Shown here: positions 19,732 through 30,744 of the stretch, piece after piece
Layout: each line of letters opens with the position of its first letter
How positions within the stretch are numbered: position 1 is the stretch's first letter
Origin: an uncultured Terracidiphilus sp.
GTDB taxonomy: Bacteria; Acidobacteriota; Terriglobia; Terriglobales; Acidobacteriaceae
DNA: 64,000 bases
Direction of reading: 5' to 3'
Assembly (NCBI GenBank): GCA_964452615.1
Contig: CAYVMS010000001.1
Location: forward strand, 1,997-65,996
The notes under the pieces: model-generated
Seen by the model: only the letters and a program-made list of their open reading frames with translations
The model's database searches: none
Told to the model about the DNA's origin: nothing
Position numbers and translations under genes: made by a program

Positions 19732-20784
19732 ATGAGCATTGTCCAGAAGTTATCGCTTGCATTGTCGATCTTCGTTATTCTGGCAGTTCCCGCACAGGCT
19801 GGGGTGACCGTCAACAATCCAGCTAACAATTCTGACGTCACGTCCCCGTTCACCCTTTCCGCAACCGCAACCACGTGCTCGTCTGAGAGTGTTACTTCAA
19901 TGGGATATTCGTTCGACAGTAGTACCGACACCACCATTATTGACGACACATCTATTGATACGTTAGTCGGGTCTGCAGCAGGCACGCACACGTTGCATGT
20001 TAAGGCATGGAGTAATGGAGCCACATGCGTCACTGATGTCATCATCACCGTCAAAGCTGGAGCAACGTCCGCAAACGGCGACTCTAATGTTCCCACTGAT
20101 ACCTCGGCTGTTCCCACTGATGCTGTGACAGTCAGCAATATCGAACTGATGGGCGACTGGAAAGAAGCGCACGATACGGGGGGATCGGGTAGTTCATCCG
20201 GATCAACGGCCATAGTTAGTTCGCCTTCACTCCATGGAAACTCGCGGAGGTTTGTCACACAGTTCAAAGATGCAGGCGACGAGCGTTATTCACTTACATG
20301 GTCAGACGGTACAGAACCTTTGAACTTCTTCTATGACGCCTGGGTGTATCTCACGAGTTCGGCCAGTCACATTGGCAATCTGGAGATGGATGTCAATCAA
20401 ACAATGCCGAATGGAAAAACCGCGCTGTTTGGCGTACAGTGCGATGGCTATTCAGGGCACTGGGCTTACACCGAGAACCGAGGTACTGATTCGAAACCTT
20501 CCCCCCACTGGGTGAGCGTATCGGGAACGACATGCAATCCGCAAAACTGGTCCAGAGACAAATGGCATCACGTTCAGGCCAGCTATTCCCGGACTGACTC
20601 AGGAACAATTACTTATCACTCTGTGTGGCTCGATGGAGCCGAAGGCAAGCTGAATGCCACTGTGAATGGAGCATTCGATCTCGGGTGGGGTCCAACGATC
20701 AACACCCAATTCCAGGTTGATGGGTATGGCTCAAGCGGGACTGTCACTGTGTATTTGACCAGTCTCTCCATTTCACGGTGGTAA
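19732..20784 (+). CDS. Paralogue of 17793-19055 lacking the chitobiase-C-terminal domain
   Basis: Shared SPFxLxAxATTC, MGYS.DSS, LHVKAW, LEMDxNQ, WHHVQ and NTQFQVDG motifs; AAGGAG RBS before ATG 19732. Confidence 0.82.
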   Translation: MSIVQKLSLALSIFVILAVPAQAGVTVNNPANNSDVTSPFTLSATATTCSSESVTSMGYSFDSSTDTTIIDDTSIDTLVGSAAGTHTLHVKAWSNGATCVTDVIITVKAGATSANGDSNVPTDTSAVPTDAVTVSNIELMGDWKEAHDTGGSGSSSGSTAIVSSPSLHGNSRRFVTQFKDAGDERYSLTWSDGTEPLNFFYDAWVYLTSSASHIGNLEMDVNQTMPNGKTALFGVQCDGYSGHWAYTENRGTDSKPSPHWVSVSGTTCNPQNWSRDKWHHVQASYSRTDSGTITYHSVWLDGAEGKLNATVNGAFDLGWGPTINTQFQVDGYGSSGTVTVYLTSLSISRW

Positions 20785-21577
20785 ACGAAAGCGATTCAAT
20801 CGAGCAGCCCCCGGCCCGCCCATCCAAGTACAGTGCCGGGCGCTCTCCGTTTACTATCAGCATCGGACGCGGTACAAGGAGATTGCGCAGCGCCGCCACT
20901 TAAGCGATGAGGCGTTCGTAGTGCATACCGGGGCCGTTTACGCGGAGGATAGCAGGGCATAGGCCGGTCAGCACGCATCAGGCGGAAGCATCCGTGCGCA
21001 AGGGCACGCGCGTGGGCAAACTGCGCGTGCAGCGGCCGATGAAGCAGCACGGCATTCGCGTGTCCTTCACGCCAACCGGAGTAATCGATAGATTTGAACG
21101 TATGAGCGGCACAAAGGCACGCCACCCGTCACAGATTTACTCGCCTTTTTATCGAGCCGAGCCCGTTCACAGAATGATTGCGATCCACATCGATAGCGCT
21201 AAGCCGGCCTCAAGGTCACAGTGATCCTTTCCGTCTTTGAAGCGCGCGGGTGGATGCAAATCGAGATGTTTGATTACCCAGCCGAAGTGCAGTCCGGATT
21301 TTGCGGCTGCCCTATCTAATCGAACGGACGGATAGTCTCATGTCCAAAGCCCGTGCGACGGATCGGGCTCAGGCGCACCCATAACGTCGTTCGGCCAGTG
21401 AAGCTCGTCACCGGCGAAGATACTGCCTCCAATCGGATAGCCGCCTCCGATCTCTACCCAGTTTGTAGGCCAGCCAACCGTCCGTGGTTCGCCTGCATCG
21501 AAGGAACTGAAAAGCTCCGGTCACTTCTCCGGATGAATCTGGAGCTATCCAAGATAAATCAACAAAAGGCAGGCTCC

Positions 21578-23728
21578 ATGAAGGCTTTTCCGTCTTTGGC
21601 ACCCCGACTCACTTTCCTTGCGATTTCAGCGTTTGCCGCCAGCGCAGCAGCCTCCATTCCCGCCGTTTCCATCACAGCGAGTTCCAGCAGCATTTCAACC
21701 GGACAGTCCGACACCCTGAAGGTTACTGAATCCGGTGCTGCCTCAATCCACGTGACAGGGTCCAACGGCACCTCCTATAACCTGCCCTATTCAGGCGGAA
21801 CGATCACCGTAACTCCAAGTTCGACCACCACCTACACGGCAACCGCGACCAACTCGCACGGTAGCGCGACGGCCCACATTACGATCACAGTAACTTCCGG
21901 GCAAGCGACTCCGACGGTGTCGATCACGGCGGAGAACAGTTCAATCAGCCAGGGCAGTTCCGACACGCTAACCGTTACGGCAACCAATGCCACCAAGGTG
22001 GTGGTGTCCGGATCCGACGGAAGCTCATACACGCTTTCATCTACCGGAGGCACACTGACGGTGACTCCGACCGAGACCACCACCTACACGGCAGAGGCAA
22101 GCATTGCGTCCGGGAGTTTCGCGTTGGCAGAGACGACAGTCACCGTCGGTTCATCGGCCGGCCTGAGCTCGATCCAGCATGTCATATTCATGCAGCAGGA
22201 GAACCACACCTTCGACGATTATTTTGGAATGCTCAATCCGTACCGCACAGCCAATGGCTGGAACATCGGCGACGACGGCAAGGAGTATGACGTCGACGGC
22301 ATCGACGACAAGCTTGACACAATCACGAACGAGGACGACGAAGGGAACATCTACCACCTCTATAAGTTCCGGAGCACGTGCATTGACGACGATTCGTCAG
22401 ACTGGCTGGCAAGTTACGGCGACGTGAACCGCTATAACTTCCTGGCTACGCGCCCAATTCAGATGAGCGGATATGTCCACACCGCCGAGGGATATGCCAA
22501 GAGCTGCGCAAAATCTGGGATCTGCAGCGGCCAGTTCACCGACACTGCGGGCGAACGCGCCATGGGTTACTACGACCAGGATTTCCTGAACTACTACTAC
22601 TACATGGCCTCGCAGTTCGCAGTCTCCGACCGGTGGTTCTCGCCCGTAGCGAGCAAGAGCGTGCCAAACCGCATCGCCACCTTCACAGGAGGCACGACTC
22701 AGGGCCTGGTAAACGATCCGGGCGCTGACGATCACCTGCCACAACTGAATATCAACAATATCTTTGAGAAACTCGATCAAGCAGGCGTGTCATGGAAAAT
22801 CTATTACACCGTCACGGAGGGCTTCTGCCTGAATGAAGTCAATTGTTCCGGGACCGGTAGCAGCCTGTATCCTGCCGAACACCTCTCAAACCTGAGTTAC
22901 GCGAACCACCTTCTTTATGAGAACCCGAGCCACGCGGCGTGCACAGCCCCAACGCAACCATCGAGCGTGGTAGGCGACTCGTCCAACTCTTTCTGCATCG
23001 ATCCAGCACGCATTGCTCCGTTGTCGCAGTACTATACTGACCTTTCCAATGGGAGCCTTGCCAGCTTTGTGTTTATTGAGGCTGGCTATGGGCAGAACGA
23101 TGAGCACCCTGGGTCCGGGCAGTCAATTCTGCTCGGCCAAGCGCAAGTTGCAAGCATCGTGAATGCCTTCATGAGCAGCCCGGAATGGAAGGACTCCGTT
23201 TTCTTTTTTAGCTACGACGAGGGTGGCGGTCCGTTCGATCACGTTCCGCCTGTTCCGGGCCACTCGAACGATTTCACCGATCCGTCCCTGGGGAGCATTC
23301 CAGACATTTCGATGATTGCCGCAAATCCGGACAGCTACACCCCATGTGTTCCGTCTGGCGATAAACCAACGCTGCATTGCGATCTGGCCTCTACTGATCC
23401 CGGCGCGAATTCGGGGGACGCGGCGGCGGAGCATGGATTTGCAGCACAACTCGGATTCCGCTTGCCGAACATCGTGATCTCGCCATTCACGCGCAAGCAC
23501 TATGTCTCGCACATTCCCATGGACAGCACGGCGGTCATCAAGCTTGTGGAGAGCCGGTTCATCGGGAGTTCCGTGCACCTGACCGCGCGCGATGCAGTTC
23601 AGCCGAACCTTCTGGATTTCTTCGATTTCAGCGGAACGCCATGGGCCACGCCGCCCACGCCGCCCGCACCGGTATCGGCATCGTCGCTCGGCTACAATCC
23701 GTGCCTGCCGCAGGACATGGGGCCATGA
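21578..23728 (+). CDS. Secreted phosphoesterase (AcpA/PLC family) with two Ig-like repeats; paralogue of 6276-8723
   Basis: QENHTFDDYFG, SKSVPNR, DEHP and SYDEGGGPFDHVPP motifs; signal peptide from ATG 21578. Confidence 0.88.
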   Translation: MKAFPSLAPRLTFLAISAFAASAAASIPAVSITASSSSISTGQSDTLKVTESGAASIHVTGSNGTSYNLPYSGGTITVTPSSTTTYTATATNSHGSATAHITITVTSGQATPTVSITAENSSISQGSSDTLTVTATNATKVVVSGSDGSSYTLSSTGGTLTVTPTETTTYTAEASIASGSFALAETTVTVGSSAGLSSIQHVIFMQQENHTFDDYFGMLNPYRTANGWNIGDDGKEYDVDGIDDKLDTITNEDDEGNIYHLYKFRSTCIDDDSSDWLASYGDVNRYNFLATRPIQMSGYVHTAEGYAKSCAKSGICSGQFTDTAGERAMGYYDQDFLNYYYYMASQFAVSDRWFSPVASKSVPNRIATFTGGTTQGLVNDPGADDHLPQLNINNIFEKLDQAGVSWKIYYTVTEGFCLNEVNCSGTGSSLYPAEHLSNLSYANHLLYENPSHAACTAPTQPSSVVGDSSNSFCIDPARIAPLSQYYTDLSNGSLASFVFIEAGYGQNDEHPGSGQSILLGQAQVASIVNAFMSSPEWKDSVFFFSYDEGGGPFDHVPPVPGHSNDFTDPSLGSIPDISMIAANPDSYTPCVPSGDKPTLHCDLASTDPGANSGDAAAEHGFAAQLGFRLPNIVISPFTRKHYVSHIPMDSTAVIKLVESRFIGSSVHLTARDAVQPNLLDFFDFSGTPWATPPTPPAPVSASSLGYNPCLPQDMGP

Positions 23729-23904
23729 TGATAGCACGCCAAGCTGGTATCCTTCAGTTCACCGTTTGTAGTTCTGAGTTGTGACTCCCCAAAATTGAGA
23801 TCTACCGTAGATTCAAACACATGAAGGGTTGATCCGATCTGGTTTATCTGCGTGTAAAACTGGTCTCAAGGTGCGTCAGTTAACGCTCTTGGCTGTTTTG
23901 GATT

Positions 23905-24222
23905 CTCGATTCTTTCGCTCTCGCCGCGACCTTTTGTTGGAGAATCTGGCTCTTCGGCAGCAACTCACCATCTTGAAACATCGGCATCCTCACCGCGCTT
24001 AGTTATTCCTGAAAGATTGTTCTGGTTATTGTTGCGGCGTGCCTGAAAAAAATGGAAAGAAGCGTTGATTGTGATCCAGCCGAAGACTCTTGTTCGCTGG
24101 CACCAAGCAGGATTCAAGCTGTATTGGACGTAGCCCTCGCGACGTCGGAATCCCATAGGAAGAAAATGTGTCAGCAAACAGTTGCGCGAACTCATCTTCC
24201 ACTTAGTCACCAAGAATCCTAG
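23905..24222 (+). pseudogene. Degraded N-terminal fragment of an integrase-core (rve) IS transposase
   Basis: Frameshifted, stop-interrupted translation RFFRSRRDLLLENLALRQQLTILK..RLFWLLLRRA*KKWKEALIVIQPKTLVRWHQAGFKLYW..SKQLRELIFHLVTKNP, typical of this transposase family. Confidence 0.75.
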
Positions 24223-24468
24223 CCTTATACCCACGTCATCGATTCGTCTGACTGTTCCAAACTTGCCCAGGACAACTTTAGGTAAGCGAGTCATGAGAAT
24301 ACCGCGCACCGTTCACAGCTCATGCTATGCAATTCACCTTAGGACGTACAATTCCTCAAGAACAACGAATCTCGTTCGTTACCCCTGAATGACGTCTGTG
24401 AGACCAGAATCTGGCGGTAATCTTCTTTTACTCCGCCGCATTACGCCGCTAGCGTGGCGTAACGTGGT

Positions 24469-25908
24469 CTATTTTTGCTCCGGCGCGTACACCTCGGACT
24501 TGCTCCACGCACAGGTGTCGCTTAAATTGATGGTTTGAAGCGTGGTTCCAGCCGATTCGAATCCACGGCGACTGTCCAAGCCACATCCACGCTGAGTCAA
24601 GGAATCTGAAGACGTCTGGCAGCCAGCACGAAGGTTGCCCGGGTGTGAACAGAGGGGATGCGGCCACGCGGGGCGGCGCCACTTGCAAAATCCTGAATTG
24701 CTCATCTCTCTTTTGCATTGATTGAGTTCGAACCAGCGAAGATAGTTCCGGACAACGCTGGCCATTGTCATCCGGACTCCGGCAGCATAGTTGCGCTCCG
24801 CCATGTGAAGCTGCAACTCTGGAGATTGCAGAATGGTGGTCAGTTGCTCAGCAAGATCGACCGCATTGCCTGTGTTATAGAAGTTGACGGCCATGTCTTC
24901 ATTCGCTGCCATTTCGCGCAGGTCGGGGATATCCGCACATACGATAGGAATCCCATACTCACATGCTTGATGGGCAGGGCCGCTCGATCCAGTGGCAGAG
25001 TCATACGGCAGTACAAGGAGCGATGTTGTTTTAAAAAGCTCAGGAATTGCTTCTTCCGCAACGTATCCGTAGAACTCAATCGGCAGGTATGCGGGCTGTG
25101 CCGCACGTATCGATTCCCAGTATCCTGGCTTCGTATGATGATTGGCGCCGGCCACGATCAGCCTGGCATTCGGAACTTTCTTGAGAACAGCCGGAAACGC
25201 CTCCATGAGCGTCTCCAGTCGTTTGTATGTTCCCCAGTGTCCAATGGCGAGAATGCGCAGATCTGGATTGCCGCGCTTTGTAAAGTCCGGAGCAGTGGGA
25301 GTCGATGCGAATGTCCCGTGTGTACCCAGAAGCACGTTTTGAGCGGAATACTTCGCATTCAAGGTGCGACGATAACCGGGAAGAAGCACTGAAACGGAAT
25401 GCGCCCAAAGTAACGCTTTCGTAGCCAGATCGGCGCCGATTCGAAATAGCCTTTGGCGTCGTACTCCGGCGGCGGAAAAATCAACATGCTCAATGATGTG
25501 GTGCAGAGTAATATGCGTGAAGAAGCCAGCGGCTCGCGTGAGAGCAGGTGCACAAAGACCTGCAAAAGCTGCAAATGGATTTTTTGGCGTTGCAAAGCTT
25601 GAAAAGACAAGGTTGTACCACACAACATCGGGCTTCAGTTGCCTAATGGTCCTGAGCAGACGCACCGGAGTCGCCAAGCCGCCGAACTTCCAGCAGCGGA
25701 TCACGTTGAAACCAGCTAACTCTGATTGCTGATGAGACTTTGCAGAGTTGCCATTCTCGTCGGTTGCGAAATCGTAGTCAGTCAGTTCATCGGCGAGGAT
25801 GATCAACTCGACGTCGGGATTGTTCTGTAAACCCTGCGCGATGTGAAACGCATACTCGTTCAACTGTCGGACACTCGGCGGAAAGGTGGCAACTAAACAA
25901 ATCCTCAT
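24469..25908 (-). CDS. Glycosyltransferase family 4 (GT-B, retaining)
   Basis: MRICLVATFPP N-terminus; GHWGTYKRLETL; LVLPYDSATGSSGP..YGIPIVCADI. Confidence 0.87.
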   Translation of the reverse strand: MRICLVATFPPSVRQLNEYAFHIAQGLQNNPDVELIILADELTDYDFATDENGNSAKSHQQSELAGFNVIRCWKFGGLATPVRLLRTIRQLKPDVVWYNLVFSSFATPKNPFAAFAGLCAPALTRAAGFFTHITLHHIIEHVDFSAAGVRRQRLFRIGADLATKALLWAHSVSVLLPGYRRTLNAKYSAQNVLLGTHGTFASTPTAPDFTKRGNPDLRILAIGHWGTYKRLETLMEAFPAVLKKVPNARLIVAGANHHTKPGYWESIRAAQPAYLPIEFYGYVAEEAIPELFKTTSLLVLPYDSATGSSGPAHQACEYGIPIVCADIPDLREMAANEDMAVNFYNTGNAVDLAEQLTTILQSPELQLHMAERNYAAGVRMTMASVVRNYLRWFELNQCKREMSNSGFCKWRRPAWPHPLCSHPGNLRAGCQTSSDSLTQRGCGLDSRRGFESAGTTLQTINLSDTCAWSKSEVYAPEQK

Positions 25909-25919
25909 CAACGATCACC

Positions 25920-28900
25920 TCAAAACAGACTGATGCGCACATAAGGCCTGAACTGTTGGCTCTGATCTCCGGTAAAGTTAAAGAAGGTCTCTTCTTGAAG
26001 ACCCGCCGAGAATCGAACTGGATACTGCAGCACAACTGCTCCGGAATCGTCGTTGAATTTGCGACGAAATGGACGCGCATACGAGATAGAAAAGCTGTTT
26101 TGGATTGCGTCGTAGACGTGGAAGCTTCTGGTGCTGGAATACGCGGTTGACACCTGCAAATCCCATTTGCGGTTCGGGGCGAAATCAACTGTTCCAGCAG
26201 GGCGCAGATTCTGCGCAATTCCAGAGTTCGCACCCACTACTCGCCATGCCCGCAGATCCTCTGCCACCGCTCTGAGATCCAGTCGTTCGCTAAACTTATG
26301 CTCGACGCCAATATAGGATGAGGTGTAATAATCCTCGAAATTCACTGGCGAGAAGTACTGATCGCTTGCCCCCCATCCAGTCACCAGGGCAGTTTTCCCC
26401 CATGGCCTGCCGACTCGCAAATTTATCGCACCGGCAAGAGATCGTGAATGCAAATTACTCTCGGTAAATGGTCCTGTTTCCCGGATAACATATCCTGTGG
26501 CCGAGACCGCGTTGAAAAATGAACTGGTTGACACATAAGCAAATACTCGAAAGAGATTCTGGTTCATGGCGACGGGAGACAAGGAATCGCGACGAACTGT
26601 TCCCTGAAAGCCGCTATTGAACGTCAACACATTGGTTCCTAGTCTGATCGTCGGATTTAACCCGACGTTGAATACATAGTCGGTCGTATTGCGGCTGACA
26701 ATCGAGTTTGTACTGGGTACCGATATTTGCCCTCTGGTGTTCCGTAACTGGAGGAATCCGCTGGTGGTAGGCAAGTGGTTAAGATGCAGATGGTATGCGT
26801 CGGTCCACTGAGTCTCAAGGGATGAACGCGGCGGTGGAAGAAGAGACGTATCAGAGCTCGGAACCGGAAATGGTGCGTCAAGCTTGGAGTCCAGAACATA
26901 AACCGTAGTATCTTCGAATATAGGTTCTATTGAGAAGTCGGAAAGTAAGCTCACCTTGGGAGTGACCCGCAATCCTTCGTCAGCGCCTGCCTCAAGAAGT
27001 CCCTGTTCCGCCACCTGATCTTCGCCTTCAGCGTTGGAAGCCTGGGCAAAGGAAGTGAGCGCCCTTTCGTTGTGGTGCTCTTGGCGAAGGACGTTGGCCT
27101 TGGCAAGAAGATACTGGTAATCGGGAGCACTATCCGCAGCAGCGCTGACCGCGGATAACTCAGCCCGTGCTCTGACCGTATCCCCTAGTGCAAGATAGTT
27201 GTTTGCCATGCCGATCCTTACCTCCGCATCGGGTGCGCCTGCTGCCTTGGCGCGTTCAAGATAAGTTTGCGATAACTGATAATCATGCATGACCCGAAAA
27301 ACGTCCGCCGCTGCGATGAACTGCGTGCCAATTGGTGGCGCCGTCTCTCCTGCCTCAGCCTCCATCAGAGCCAGCGCAATCTGCCTCTCTGCATCTTCTG
27401 AATGACCCTGCTGTGAGACGAGCTGCGCGATTGCCAAACGCACGTTGACCCGGTCGCTGCCGAGCGTTTCTAGTGCCTTTCGAAAGCGCTCCATGGCCGC
27501 GTTGCGGTCTCCGATGATGCTCAAGGCCTCTCCGGTGTAGACAAAGATCTGGCTCTGCTCCGGTTCAGAGCCGTACCCTGCGGTGGGTGCCGATTGGGAA
27601 TGCAGCTCCGCCAACTGTACATTTCGAAGCGTTTGATCTCGATCTTGCAGGTTTGCATAGGAGCGTGCAAGGAGCGCGTAGACGTTAGCGTTTTCAGGGG
27701 AAAGTTTCTCTGCGATCTCGATCTCATTGATCGCGTCATGATACCGCCGCGCTGCGAAAAGCGTATTTCCCAGCCCCAAGTGGAGCGCGCCATCATTGGG
27801 AGTGAACTTCAAAGCAAATCTGTATTCGGTGGCAGCTTTCGCCAGCATGTCTTCACGCCCATACGCGGTTGCGCGAATCATGTGTATGTCTCTTGAATCG
27901 CCGAGCGCCCTCTCTGCCAGGTCCGATTGTTGAAGAGCTGCCTGAGGCTTATGCAAATCTAAGTTCGCATAGGCAAGTCCAAGATGCGCTTCGCCGTCGT
28001 TTGGCTCTCTCTTAAGGGCTGATTCGAAGTCCGATGCGGCAGCTACGGGTTGGTGAAGGTCATTCAACATGTATCCGCGATTTACGTATGCCGTTTCCAC
28101 ATTCGGATCGCGATCCAGCGCAACGGTGAAGTCGTGACGCGCCTGCTCGGACTGGCCTTCATGCTTATGCACATAACCCATCAGCAGCGGAACGTCAGGC
28201 TCTTTCGGGAAGACGCTGAGATATTTCGATGTCAAATTCAACAGTTCGTCGTATTCTCCGAGGTGGAGCAAGTCGTAACCAAGATAGACGACTACGTCCC
28301 TGTCTCGGGGCAACACTTGTATTGCTTCGCGGCCAACTTCCGCCGATTCCTGGTATTCGCCCTTGAAGCTCAGATACCTTTCCTTTTCCCGAAGAAGTTG
28401 AGGTTCCAGCATCATTTCGTTCGTCACGCGATTTAGCCACGTTCCAGCCAGAACAAGGTTATGCGCTTCGATGGCTGCGTTCATTCCACCTGCTAGAATC
28501 ATGGCTTTTCGCGGAGCCAGAGCATACCCCTTGCTATAAGTGTCGTCAGCTCTTTTGAATTCGCGCCGAGCAGTATAAAGATCCCCGAGCGCAAGGTAGG
28601 GAACATATAACGCAGGGTGCGCTCGCGCCAGGCGCTGAAAATACTTCTCCGCATCTTGGTCATGCCCCGCTGCGCGCGAAGCGTACCCGAGAGAAGTAAG
28701 CGCGAATTGGTTGTTCGCATCCACCGAAAGAATCTGCGTATAAACTGCGACCGCGTCCTCAACGCGACCGAGTTTCATCAGAATGTCTCCTTCGAGCTGC
28801 AAATCGTCGCGATCGTGGGCGTTGTTTGCGAGCGCTCCTTTGATGTCGCTGACCGCGCCGTTGAGGTCGCCTGCGTTCATCTTGATCAAAGCTCTCAGGC

Positions 28901-30215
28901 GCAAGAACGGTGCTCCGCCAGACACGCGATCGCCCAAGCCGTTCATCGTGGTTTGCGCGATTTCGAGCTGAGAATGAGCGGCTCCATCGTCAGCTATGCC
29001 CTTGTAGAGACCCATTAAATCCATGTGAAGTTGGATGCCGTAGAGAGGTCCCTCGGTCGGTTCAGCCGGTAAATTTGCTATGGCGGCACTATATTCCCGT
29101 ACGGCATCCAGGTCACGTTCCTCGAGTTTCGCAATCTCTCCGCGGATTGCGTGCAACCGATAATAATTGGCATCGAGTCCAGCGGCACGCAGAAGAAATG
29201 GCTCCGCTTTCTCAATAGAACCGGCAGCAACCTCGGCCTGTGCAGCGGAAAGCTGCAAGCCTAAGTCCTTTGGCCCAGCGTTGGCGGCTTGCGAATATAG
29301 CCTTGCGGAATCATCCAACTTGTTATCGAGCTGGTAGGTATAAGCGAGTTCAGCTGCTACGTCTGGTTTCGGGTTACGAATGGAATTGAGAGCCGCGATT
29401 GCCAGTGAATATTCTCCATTATCGCGATAAAAACCAGCCATTGATCGCTGAACATCCGGGTTATCCGGTGAACGCTGTTTGGCCAGTTCGAGATAGCGGC
29501 TTGCCATATCCATTTGCGTCAGGTGCCGGTACGAAAGCGCCATCAGCAGTTCCGAACGCGCGTCTGGCTGAATTCGTTCCGCTCTGCCCAGCCAATCGAT
29601 TGCTTCGGTATAGTCCGCAGATCTCACGCAAAGATCACCGAGTAGCAATGCGTCGTTTCTACGCTTTGGATCAGAAGAAAGCACCTGTTTAAGAAGACGC
29701 ACGGCGTCTTCAGTTCGGCCCATCAGGTTGTAGGTCTGCGCAAGACCGGAAAGTCCGTCAAGTTCAGATGGGCTAAGACGAAGACCGCGATTATAGGCAT
29801 CTACCGAGACCTGAAGCTTCGCATCGAGCCGCGCCGCATAACCAAGCAGAAACCATAGTTGTGGATCGTTTGGAGTAGCTTGCGCGGCACGTTGCGCAAG
29901 GTCTAGTGCGAGCGCATGGTCGCCATGCTGGAGAGCCAACTGAGCGGCGCGCGCAAGACGCGCGTTCTCAATGTTCGATCCCCAACCGAGTGGTTGGCCT
30001 GAAGAAGGTGCTTGCTTAGATTGTGCCTGGGGACTCTTTGAGGCGTCAGAACCGATGTCGTAAGTCTGCGCATTGACGCCGAGGACTGAGAAGATAAATA
30101 CGAACGCCAATAAACACTTCAAGACATCAAGTTTGGTAATCAAGAGAACGCCAACGCGGCGTCGCGTTCGGCTAATCGATCCAGAATAACCTCTTGATCT
30201 TGGGCGTAGATACAC
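25920..30215 (-). CDS. Very large TPR protein with probable C-terminal outer-membrane beta-barrel (PelB/BcsC/PgaA-like architecture)
   Basis: Signal-like N-terminus; ~1000 aa of TPR repeats; C-terminal ~340 aa of amphipathic beta-strands ending in Phe; AGGAG RBS before GTG 30215. Confidence 0.8.
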   Translation of the reverse strand: MYLRPRSRGYSGSISRTRRRVGVLLITKLDVLKCLLAFVFIFSVLGVNAQTYDIGSDASKSPQAQSKQAPSSGQPLGWGSNIENARLARAAQLALQHGDHALALDLAQRAAQATPNDPQLWFLLGYAARLDAKLQVSVDAYNRGLRLSPSELDGLSGLAQTYNLMGRTEDAVRLLKQVLSSDPKRRNDALLLGDLCVRSADYTEAIDWLGRAERIQPDARSELLMALSYRHLTQMDMASRYLELAKQRSPDNPDVQRSMAGFYRDNGEYSLAIAALNSIRNPKPDVAAELAYTYQLDNKLDDSARLYSQAANAGPKDLGLQLSAAQAEVAAGSIEKAEPFLLRAAGLDANYYRLHAIRGEIAKLEERDLDAVREYSAAIANLPAEPTEGPLYGIQLHMDLMGLYKGIADDGAAHSQLEIAQTTMNGLGDRVSGGAPFLRLRALIKMNAGDLNGAVSDIKGALANNAHDRDDLQLEGDILMKLGRVEDAVAVYTQILSVDANNQFALTSLGYASRAAGHDQDAEKYFQRLARAHPALYVPYLALGDLYTARREFKRADDTYSKGYALAPRKAMILAGGMNAAIEAHNLVLAGTWLNRVTNEMMLEPQLLREKERYLSFKGEYQESAEVGREAIQVLPRDRDVVVYLGYDLLHLGEYDELLNLTSKYLSVFPKEPDVPLLMGYVHKHEGQSEQARHDFTVALDRDPNVETAYVNRGYMLNDLHQPVAAASDFESALKREPNDGEAHLGLAYANLDLHKPQAALQQSDLAERALGDSRDIHMIRATAYGREDMLAKAATEYRFALKFTPNDGALHLGLGNTLFAARRYHDAINEIEIAEKLSPENANVYALLARSYANLQDRDQTLRNVQLAELHSQSAPTAGYGSEPEQSQIFVYTGEALSIIGDRNAAMERFRKALETLGSDRVNVRLAIAQLVSQQGHSEDAERQIALALMEAEAGETAPPIGTQFIAAADVFRVMHDYQLSQTYLERAKAAGAPDAEVRIGMANNYLALGDTVRARAELSAVSAAADSAPDYQYLLAKANVLRQEHHNERALTSFAQASNAEGEDQVAEQGLLEAGADEGLRVTPKVSLLSDFSIEPIFEDTTVYVLDSKLDAPFPVPSSDTSLLPPPRSSLETQWTDAYHLHLNHLPTTSGFLQLRNTRGQISVPSTNSIVSRNTTDYVFNVGLNPTIRLGTNVLTFNSGFQGTVRRDSLSPVAMNQNLFRVFAYVSTSSFFNAVSATGYVIRETGPFTESNLHSRSLAGAINLRVGRPWGKTALVTGWGASDQYFSPVNFEDYYTSSYIGVEHKFSERLDLRAVAEDLRAWRVVGANSGIAQNLRPAGTVDFAPNRKWDLQVSTAYSSTRSFHVYDAIQNSFSISYARPFRRKFNDDSGAVVLQYPVRFSAGLQEETFFNFTGDQSQQFRPYVRISLF

Positions 30216-30744
30216 TTTCAGCTCCTGGAGTATTTCCAGCTAATGCAAAACTACGGTGAGCTTCCGGATCTGGTTGCGAACATTGGCCGAATCGTGATAA
30301 CCGGCAACGCTCTGCCATTTCAGCGCAACAGCATCACACTATTGCGTTGCACCTTCGAGAGAACAACACCCGCTTCAGCCATGAAGTGACGCAATAAGCG
30401 AAACTGGTTTTTCAGGTAAGTTTCGCCCCTCACAAAAAAGGAGAATGCAGCTCAGATGTTTCCTTGTTTGCTTGATGAGCAAAGTCAATGAATCCTCAGT
30501 GTTTGGGATGATTTCTTTGCCAACCCCCACAACCATCCACCAACGCTACGCTACTGGCCTTTTGAATTCTGTGCGATATTGAACACGATAAAGAAGGGGT
30601 CTTCTACGTGTTCAAAATTGGTCAGACTTCGAATCGCCTTACTGAGATACTCGCTGGGAAGTTGTGTGCCGAAGCATACCGCGGGCTGCCACGCGTCGCG
30701 AAGGGTGCATTGCTACATCCTCACAGAGTTATCGAGAGGTCATC

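Noticed and set aside
20796-21350. Possible sulfatase or transposase remnant on the minus strand
   Set aside because: Only short frameshifted resemblances (VLTGLCP; GWREGHANA); not distinguishable from chance.
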